Assembly (NCBI GenBank): GCA_020059745.1
Contig: JAGVBK010000004.1
Location: 242,511-306,510, forward strand
Length of the DNA: 64,000 nucleotides
Source: Candidatus Shapirobacteria bacterium
GTDB lineage: Bacteria > Patescibacteriota > Microgenomatia > UM-FILTER-40-11
Direction of reading: 5' to 3'
A program made the position numbers and the translations under genes. Of the stretch, positions 57,873 through 64,000 are shown in pieces; position 1 is the first letter of the stretch; every line of letters begins with the position of its first letter. A model generated the notes under the pieces. The model had not been told where the DNA came from. It searched no databases and was given only the letters and a program-made list of their open reading frames with translations.

Positions 57873-59237
57873 TTGGCCACAGAACCGTCTGCGCTTGAAG
57901 CTTTAAAAAAAGCTCATTACCCGATTCATCCACTTTATATTTTTGCAAGCTGGCTTTTTTTCCGAATTCCTCTTTCAGTAAGCAGCTTTTATAAACTTGA
58001 GTTTTTAAGCGCTATTTCTGGAACTGTTTTGGTTTGGGTGATTTATCTTTGTTTAAAAGAGTACTTTGATAAAAAAAAATCTTTACTTATTTCCCTAGCA
58101 GTTTCTTTACTGCCTTATTTTTGGTTAAGCCAAATTAATATTCTTTACGAGCCTTTTTTAATGCTTTTACAAGCTTTTTCTTTTTACTTTTTAATTAAAT
58201 ACTTTAAAAAAGAAAATCTGCTTTCCATCTTACTGTCAGGAGTTTTTTTAATGCTATCGCTTTTAGTTTCAACTACCAGTCTTTTTTTCCTTGCTTTCAT
58301 GTTTGTTTTTGCTGTTCTTGAGAAGAAAATAATGGTTTTTAAGCTTACTTTATATTTTCCCTTCCTTTTTCTTTGTTTTTTTATATATCTTTTTGTAATG
58401 AGTTTGCGGGGGATTCCCTGGCAGGATTTTTGGAAAGTGTTTACTTCTTCAAACAGCCTTTTGGGTAAAATTGAAAGCGAAAGGTTTATGTTTTTTGTGA
58501 GGGCAATAAGAAATTCACTCGTTGTTTTTATTTATCATTTAACACTGCCTCTTAGCGCTTTGTCTGTTGTTTTATTAATAAAACAGGGTAGTAAATTAAA
58601 GGAAAACTTTTTTGCTAAAAATAATACTAAAAGAATCGGGTTTTTTTTGGTTTGGTTAGCACTTTTTTTAATCATTAATTCCTATTGGCATGCCGGTATG
58701 TTTGGGAGAATTTCCATGATGTTTACCTTGTTTCCTTTTATTATTTTGGCAAATCATATTTTTTCAAAAAAAAGAATTTACGGTTTTCTTTTACTTTCTT
58801 TTTTACTGGTAAGCTCTTTTTTTAAAGTTATCCCTTACTGTTTAACCCAAGTTCCTTACTATGAGGAAAAAATCTTTCTTGGGAAAACTGAAAAGAGAAC
58901 CCTTGTTGTCAGCAACTACGAGGAGCCTTATTTGTGTGCCGAAAGCGACTGTCTGGTTCTAAATTCCCCAAAAACAGATAAAGAAATCCTTTTAAGAAGA
59001 ATTGATGATTTGCTTAAAGAAAACGAGAGAGTATTAATGACATCTCAAGCTGTAAGTGCTCCTTACAACCAATACGACGGCATGCACTATCATATACTTT
59101 CAAAAAGAAGGGTTTACCCCAAAACATTGGGTGAAGAAATTGCCGAAAAGTATAGGTTAAAACTTATAAAGCAGTGGCCTCAAAAAAACCTTAAGGTTTA
59201 TCAGCTTAAAAAACCCGAGGAGACTATCAGACAATAA
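57873..59237 (+). CDS. Polytopic membrane protein, possible GT-C / PMT_2-like glycosyltransferase
   Basis: Multiple TM helices; the HP.PPLY-like loop suggests a GT-C fold; TTG start; possibly N-terminally truncated. Confidence 0.45.
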   Translation: MATEPSALEALKKAHYPIHPLYIFASWLFFRIPLSVSSFYKLEFLSAISGTVLVWVIYLCLKEYFDKKKSLLISLAVSLLPYFWLSQINILYEPFLMLLQAFSFYFLIKYFKKENLLSILLSGVFLMLSLLVSTTSLFFLAFMFVFAVLEKKIMVFKLTLYFPFLFLCFFIYLFVMSLRGIPWQDFWKVFTSSNSLLGKIESERFMFFVRAIRNSLVVFIYHLTLPLSALSVVLLIKQGSKLKENFFAKNNTKRIGFFLVWLALFLIINSYWHAGMFGRISMMFTLFPFIILANHIFSKKRIYGFLLLSFLLVSSFFKVIPYCLTQVPYYEEKIFLGKTEKRTLVVSNYEEPYLCAESDCLVLNSPKTDKEILLRRIDDLLKENERVLMTSQAVSAPYNQYDGMHYHILSKRRVYPKTLGEEIAEKYRLKLIKQWPQKNLKVYQLKKPEETIRQ

Positions 59238-59254
59238 AAGTCTGTAAATGAAAA

Positions 59255-59995
59255 ATGGAGCTTGACCAGTATTTTTTAAAAAATAAAGAACTTGCCAAAA
59301 AGTTGGTTGAAGTGGCTCGGGTGGGGAAAGAAGACATTGTGTTAGAAATTGGAGCAGGAAAGGGTTTTATTACTGAAGAGATTGCCAAAAAAGCGGGAAA
59401 GGTGATCGCCGTTGAAATCGACCGAGGTTTTGAAGGTGTTCTTAGGAAAATTCCAGGAAATGTTGAACTAGTTTTTGGTGATATAAACAATGTCTTGGAA
59501 GAGAGAGTTAAATTTAATAAAGTAGTGGCTAACCCCCCATCGTCTTTGGTTGAGCCTTTGGTCCGAAAATTTATTAACAAAGATTTTGAGGTGATGTCTT
59601 TCCTTTTGCCTCTTAAATTTTTTCAAAAACTTAAAAGCCCCTTTTTTACGGTTTATTATGATTCTTCTTTGGTAAGTGAAGTAGATAAAGACTCTTTTTC
59701 TCCGGCTCCGGGTACTAAATGGGCAATTGTTAAAATTACAAAGAAAGAAGAACCGCTTAAGAGCAAAGAGTGGGAAAGGTATATAAGGAAATATTTGTAC
59801 GAGCACTCTTCGGCCAAATTAAAAAACGCTTTAATGGAGGCTTTTGTCAGAATTTACCAGTCAAGAGGAAAAAGGTGTACCAAAAACCAGGCACGGCGCA
59901 TTGTTTTAAACTTGGGTTTTTTTTCAGAAAGTCCGCCGGAAGAAAAAGATATTCCTGAGATTGCTCAAAAAGCGGGCAATTATCTTTCAATCTAA
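59255..59995 (+). CDS. rRNA adenine N6-dimethyltransferase family (KsgA/RsmA-like)
   Basis: SAM-binding VLEIGAGKG...AVEID; NPPSS in place of NLPY. Confidence 0.75.
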   Translation: MELDQYFLKNKELAKKLVEVARVGKEDIVLEIGAGKGFITEEIAKKAGKVIAVEIDRGFEGVLRKIPGNVELVFGDINNVLEERVKFNKVVANPPSSLVEPLVRKFINKDFEVMSFLLPLKFFQKLKSPFFTVYYDSSLVSEVDKDSFSPAPGTKWAIVKITKKEEPLKSKEWERYIRKYLYEHSSAKLKNALMEAFVRIYQSRGKRCTKNQARRIVLNLGFFSESPPEEKDIPEIAQKAGNYLSI

Positions 59996-59996
59996 A

Positions 59997-60027
59997 CCCC
60001 CCGGTGTTACACCGGGGGATTATTTTC
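59997..60027. terminator. Hairpin ccccggtg-tta-caccgggg with a flanking T-rich tract between convergent genes
   Basis: 8-bp GC stem read directly; T-run follows on the + strand; the same ccggtgt(a/t)acaccgg hairpin occurs twice inside rnpB. Confidence 0.5.
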
Positions 60028-60047
60028 CCTTTTAAAGGACAAAATCT

Positions 60048-60191
60048 TTAGTTTGCACCAATTTTAAACATTGAGGTGCCGCAATCAGGACAACTAGCTT
60101 TCATAGCTGGTTTGCCATTTTTCATGGTAACTCTTTCCGGATTGGCGACTTCTTTCTTGGCGCGACACTTGACGCAGTACATTGTTGCCAT
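60048..60191 (-). CDS. Small zinc-ribbon protein (47 aa; CxxC...CxxC)
   Basis: MATMYCVKCRAKK...CPDCGTSMFKIGAN; strong SD aagggaggtga upstream; not in the ORF track. Confidence 0.55.
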   Translation of the reverse strand: MATMYCVKCRAKKEVANPERVTMKNGKPAMKASCPDCGTSMFKIGAN

Positions 60192-60211
60192 ATTATCGTT
60201 CACCTCCCTTC

Positions 60212-60547
60212 TTAGTTAATGAAGGGCAGACTAATATGTTTCTCGAGTAAGAAAAACAAAGCTAACTCGAGGCTGATTGCCAGTATGGATAAGATAAGCG
60301 TTTTTGTCAAGTCCTTCCTAATCAGTTGAACCGGATAGACATAAAGAGACTCTCTTTGATATTGTTCATTTTTTTCTTCTTTGGGAGTTTCTGGCCTTTC
60401 TATGTTGGATTTTTGGTTTGTGGGGTCAGGGGAGGTGGTAAAAACTGGTTTTTGGATTCTTCTTAAATCTGCGGCAATTTTTTGCCTTTTTGTCTTTTTA
60501 GACATCGACATTACTATAACATAATCCAATTTTTTTTGTCCAGCCAC
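60212..60547 (-). CDS. Hypothetical protein with a C-terminal TM anchor
   Basis: Basic N-terminal region and a C-terminal hydrophobic helix. Confidence 0.35.
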   Translation of the reverse strand: MAGQKKLDYVIVMSMSKKTKRQKIAADLRRIQKPVFTTSPDPTNQKSNIERPETPKEEKNEQYQRESLYVYPVQLIRKDLTKTLILSILAISLELALFFLLEKHISLPFIN

Positions 60548-60579
60548 GATGTTGACTTTAATTTTTATTACTCTTAAAA

Positions 60580-61062
60580 TTGCCTAAGATGACCGATTTT
60601 TCGAGCTCTACCCTTTTAGTCTTAACTTTAGTTGTGTTTGCATGGCTTGGGGCAATAACTTTTTTGCTGGTACGAATTTACCGCACTTTTTCCCGGTTGA
60701 CAAAAGGGGCGAGCGATAAAGATTTAAAAACATTGTTGGAAGAGCTTTTAGGACAAGTCAAAAAAAATCAGGAAAAAGACACTGATTTGGAAAAAAGCCT
60801 TTTGGAAACCCAAAAGGAAGCACTTTTGCATATTCAGAAAGTTGGACTAATAAGATATAATCCTTTTGCTGACACTGGCGGCAATCAAAGCTTTGTTTTA
60901 GCGTTGCTGGACGGCAATAATAACGGAGTTGTGATAACCAGCCTTCACAGCAGGGAATCAACTAGGGTTTTTTCAAAACCAGTTATTGCCGGCAAGGAAA
61001 GCGAGTTTGAGTTTTCTAAGGAAGAGGTGCAGGCGATTTCAGAAGCTCAGAAGAAAAAATAG
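60580..61062 (+). CDS. DUF4446-family protein
   Basis: N-terminal TM then RYNPFADTGGNQSFVLALLD...VITSLHSRESTRVF pattern typical of DUF4446. Confidence 0.65.
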   Translation: MPKMTDFSSSTLLVLTLVVFAWLGAITFLLVRIYRTFSRLTKGASDKDLKTLLEELLGQVKKNQEKDTDLEKSLLETQKEALLHIQKVGLIRYNPFADTGGNQSFVLALLDGNNNGVVITSLHSRESTRVFSKPVIAGKESEFEFSKEEVQAISEAQKKK

Positions 61063-61117
61063 TATTTTACTTTTAATTTTTTATATATTTTTATAATTTA
61101 TTAATATTGGCAAATCC

Positions 61118-62329
61118 ATGAAAAAATTAAGACTGCCCTTGCTCTTCATAGGTATTTATCTACTTTCTGCCGGAATTTCCTATGGAGTTTTTAGTTTTGT
61201 AAAAGATTCCGGCTCTGGTTCGGTGGTGGAAACGCCGATCCCCCAGGAACAGGGGCAAAAAGGCCGTTTTCCGGTTCTGACCGGCCCTAAAGACCAGGTT
61301 TGTCCGATAAACGGCGCAAAATTTACCAAAACTGAAAAAGAGCTTTGGGAAAAAAGAAGGCCACTTATGGTAATGATTGAAAACCACGCTGATTCCAGGC
61401 CTCAGTCAGGGTTAGATAAGGCCGATGTTGTTTATGAAGCAGTGGCTGAGGGAGCGATTACCCGCTTTATGGCAGTTTTTTATTGTGCCGACGCCGCTTA
61501 CGCTTTAAAGGGAGATTACGATGTTGGACCGGTAAGGTCAGCCAGAACATACTTTCTTGATTGGGCTTCAGAGTACGCTGACTATCCTTTATATACCCAT
61601 GTCGGCGGAGCACACTGCAGTCCTGCCAATGGCAATAGCGGGCCTTGTACAACTGATAAAAGAGCTCAGGCGCTTGAACAGATTCAGGCATATGGCTGGC
61701 TTAACAAAGAAACCAAATCTGATTTAAACCAGTTTGCCCTTGGTTTTAAAGTTTGCCGCCGGGAACCTGATCGGACTGGCCAGCCCGTAGCTACAGAGCA
61801 TTCGATGTATTGCAGCACTGAAGCGCTTTGGGCAACTGCAGCGGAAAGAAACTTAACTAACGTTAACTATAAAAATGTTTCTTGGGATAAAAACTTCCGA
61901 CAATGGAAATTTAAAGATGATTCGCCTTCCTCCGGTTCTGTTTCACCGGAATTTGATTTTTGGCAGGACTATAAAGACTATCGGGTTAAATGGCAATATG
62001 ATCCGTCAAGCAATTCCTATAAAAGGTTCAACGGCGGCGAGCAGCATGTTGACTTTAACACCAAAGAGCAATTGACTGCCAAGAATGTAGTGGTACAATT
62101 TGCTAAAGAAGCCGGACCGGTGGATGTTCATAAACATATTCTTTACGGAACTACGGGTACAGGCCGGGCGCTGATTTTTAGGGATGGTTTAGTGATTGAC
62201 GGCAAATGGGCCAAAAAAACAAGAGCAGATAGGACTTTGTTTTACGACAGCAAAGGCAAGGAGATTGAGTTTAACCGAGGTAACATTTGGATCGAGGTTC
62301 TGCCCACAACCGGGAAAGTAACCTATTAA
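61118..62329 (+). CDS. DUF3048-family (YerB-like) secreted/lipoprotein
   Basis: Signal/TM N-terminus; MVMIENHADSRPQSGLDKADVVYEAVAEGAITRF matches the DUF3048 N-terminal motif. Confidence 0.65.
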   Translation: MKKLRLPLLFIGIYLLSAGISYGVFSFVKDSGSGSVVETPIPQEQGQKGRFPVLTGPKDQVCPINGAKFTKTEKELWEKRRPLMVMIENHADSRPQSGLDKADVVYEAVAEGAITRFMAVFYCADAAYALKGDYDVGPVRSARTYFLDWASEYADYPLYTHVGGAHCSPANGNSGPCTTDKRAQALEQIQAYGWLNKETKSDLNQFALGFKVCRREPDRTGQPVATEHSMYCSTEALWATAAERNLTNVNYKNVSWDKNFRQWKFKDDSPSSGSVSPEFDFWQDYKDYRVKWQYDPSSNSYKRFNGGEQHVDFNTKEQLTAKNVVVQFAKEAGPVDVHKHILYGTTGTGRALIFRDGLVIDGKWAKKTRADRTLFYDSKGKEIEFNRGNIWIEVLPTTGKVTY

Positions 62330-62355
62330 GGAGACAAACGCTTGCCCCATGTAAG

Positions 62356-62931
62356 ATGCTAGAAGATATAGTTATTTCGAAAGTAAGAGTAAAGCTTCTT
62401 TGCTTGTTTTATTCAAACCCGACCGAGCTTTATCATGTCAGAGATTTGGTTAGGAGAACCAACGAGGAGATCAACGCGGTAAGAAGAGAGCTTCAGAATC
62501 TTGAAAAAGCGGGCATTCTAAAAAAAGAACCCCGCGGTAACCGTCTTTACTACTGGATTAACCCCTCTTATCCTTTATACCAGGAGCTTTTACAGATAGT
62601 TTCAAAAGAAGAAGGTTTAGGCAGCCAAATTATTAAAAACCGTAACCGCCTGGGGAAGGTTAATTACTGTGTTTTTTCAGGTAAATTCGTCAGAAGAATG
62701 GAAAGAGAAGAAGACGAAGTTGATATTTTGGTTGTCGGCAGTGTAGTGATGGTTGAACTGGCTTCTTTAATTAAGGCTGAAGAAGAAAAAAGAGGGAAGG
62801 AAATAAATTACACCGCCATGACTAATGAAGAATTTGAATTCCGCAAAAAAAGAAGAGATCCTTTTTTACTTGGCATATTAGGCAACAGTAAGGTGATGAT
62901 TATCGGCGACGAGGAAGAGCTTATTAAATAA
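62356..62931 (+). CDS. Winged helix-turn-helix transcriptional regulator
   Basis: N-terminal wHTH (LYHVRDLVRRTNEEINAVRRELQNLEKAGILKK); start at the internal ATG 62356. Confidence 0.5.
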   Translation: MLEDIVISKVRVKLLCLFYSNPTELYHVRDLVRRTNEEINAVRRELQNLEKAGILKKEPRGNRLYYWINPSYPLYQELLQIVSKEEGLGSQIIKNRNRLGKVNYCVFSGKFVRRMEREEDEVDILVVGSVVMVELASLIKAEEEKRGKEINYTAMTNEEFEFRKKRRDPFLLGILGNSKVMIIGDEEELIK

Positions 62932-62941
62932 ACTGGTTTTA

Positions 62942-63136
62942 ATGACCCAAAAAGTAATAAGAACGGGGAATTCTTTAGCTGTCACTATTCCTTCAGACTT
63001 TGTAAAGTCTGTCGGAATCAGACCTGGTGACGAGGTAAGGTTGATAACAGAAACAGATAAAGGTGAGATTACTTATGTTTTTTCCGGCGCCAAGCAACTG
63101 CCTCTTTCTGAAAATTTTCTAAAAATTCGAAAGTAA
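62942..63136 (+). CDS. AbrB/MazE (SpoVT-AbrB) domain protein, antitoxin-like
   Basis: 64 aa; IRTGNSLAVTIPSDFVKSVGIRPGDEV swapped-hairpin pattern. Confidence 0.55.
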   Translation: MTQKVIRTGNSLAVTIPSDFVKSVGIRPGDEVRLITETDKGEITYVFSGAKQLPLSENFLKIRK

Positions 63137-63185
63137 AAAGAAACCGCTTCTTTTTTGGGTTATAATTAAAAAAGTTTTAAATATC

Positions 63186-64000
63186 ATGAAAAAGACAAGG
63201 TCGGTACTCTGGCTTATTTTATTTGTTACCCTTTTTTCTGCTTTTATTGATTTGCCTAAAGATTTTCATTTTAAGCTTGATTTTGCCGGTCTTAGAGTGG
63301 ACCGCCGTTTTTCTTTTGAAAACCTGGATTTTAAAGCCGGACCGATAAATTTCAGAAGACCAATTGAAGTCAAGAAAGGTTTAGACCTTCAAGGCGGAAC
63401 TCATCTTGTTTTTAGCGCTGATATGGCCGGAATCAAAGAAGAAGATCGTGAAAGCGCTCTTGTTTCTGCCCAGGAAAATATTGAAAAAAGAGTCAACTAC
63501 TTTGGTGTCAGCGAAGCAGTGGTGCAAACCGCCAAAACAAATAATGACTATCGGTTAATTGTCGAGCTTCCGGGGGTAAAGGATGTTGACCAAGCAATTG
63601 AGCTTATTGGCCAAACCGCCCAGCTGCAGTTTTTAGAAGAAAACCCGGATCAGGAGGCAGCCTCAAAAAGCGGAGAATTTTTTTTACAGACCGACCTAAC
63701 AGGAAAAGACCTTAAAAGATCAGTAGTTCAGTTTGACCAAAACACCGGTTCGCCGGTAGTGGGCTTGGAGTTTAACCCTGAAGGAGCCAAAAAATTCGGA
63801 GAAATTACTACCAAAAACACAGGCAAAATCGTGGCCATTTTTCTTGATGGTGCTCCGGTTTCCCTGCCAGTGGTGGAAGAGCCGATCACGACCGGAAACG
63901 CGGTAATAAGAGGCGGTTTTAGCCTTGAGGAGGCAAAAAAACTAGCAGTTCAGCTTAACGCCGGTGCTTTGCCGGTTCCGGTTAAGCTGATTGAGCAAAG
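63186..64000 (+). CDS. secD: Protein translocase subunit SecD (5' partial; runs off the window)
   Basis: N-terminal TM then a periplasmic domain with SecD-typical segments (GLDLQGGTHLV...QTAQLQF...); no stop within the window. Confidence 0.85.
   Translation, partial: MKKTRSVLWLILFVTLFSAFIDLPKDFHFKLDFAGLRVDRRFSFENLDFKAGPINFRRPIEVKKGLDLQGGTHLVFSADMAGIKEEDRESALVSAQENIEKRVNYFGVSEAVVQTAKTNNDYRLIVELPGVKDVDQAIELIGQTAQLQFLEENPDQEAASKSGEFFLQTDLTGKDLKRSVVQFDQNTGSPVVGLEFNPEGAKKFGEITTKNTGKIVAIFLDGAPVSLPVVEEPITTGNAVIRGGFSLEEAKKLAVQLNAGALPVPVKLIEQ

Noticed and set aside
1-64000. CRISPR arrays, rRNA genes, IS/transposase genes, additional tRNAs
   Set aside because: No regularly spaced direct repeats, no rRNA-like conserved blocks and no transposase motifs were seen. 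Only one tRNA-like cloverleaf (tRNA-Pro) was found by eye.

Overview
This 64 kb window is AT-rich (about 38-40% GC by eye) and is dominated by the core transcription and translation genes of a small-genome bacterium. In order: rpoB-rpoC, rpsL-rpsG, a roughly 5.7 kb salvage/transport insertion, fusA-tuf, rpsJ, then a nearly complete S10-spc-alpha ribosomal protein cluster running rplC to rplQ, followed by rplM-rpsI. That cluster includes secY, adk, map, infA, rpmJ and rpoA, and it has no rpmD (L30) between rpsE and rplO. Several ribosomal proteins carry Lys/Glu-rich tails. Both points are consistent (inference) with a Candidate Phyla Radiation / Patescibacteria-type genome. Downstream of the cluster are housekeeping genes: a NUDIX hydrolase, a flavodoxin-like protein, mltG, recA, recX, rny, hup, an ABC-2 exporter, a miaB-like gene, miaA, an AI-2E transporter, RNase P RNA on the minus strand, uppP, a GT-C-like membrane protein, a ksgA-like methyltransferase, DUF4446 and DUF3048 proteins, a winged-helix regulator, an AbrB-type gene, and the start of secD. 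Two regions look acquired. The first is a GC-rich patch (about 11.29-13.1 kb) that supplies the T component and a putative S component of an ECF transporter whose ATPase gene has native composition. This patch is flanked by two phosphoribosyltransferase genes and splits rpsG from fusA. The second is an island of about 11.8 kb (about 35.2-47.09 kb) between mltG and a tRNA-Pro(GGG). It ends in a large serine recombinase whose 3' end overlaps the tRNA 3' end. Its cargo is a Type III R-M system with an excisionase-family helix-turn-helix gene, a GmrSD-like (DUF262/DUF1524) nuclease fused to a C-terminal Schlafen-like AlbA_2 domain, an adjacent second AlbA_2 protein, a winged-helix regulator divergent from a palindromic operator, a GC-rich structured RNA-like element, and a small membrane protein. 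The AlbA_2 gene pair is the best candidate for an undescribed defense module. No CRISPR array, rRNA or transposase was seen. All family assignments are from motif recognition by eye; no searches were run.
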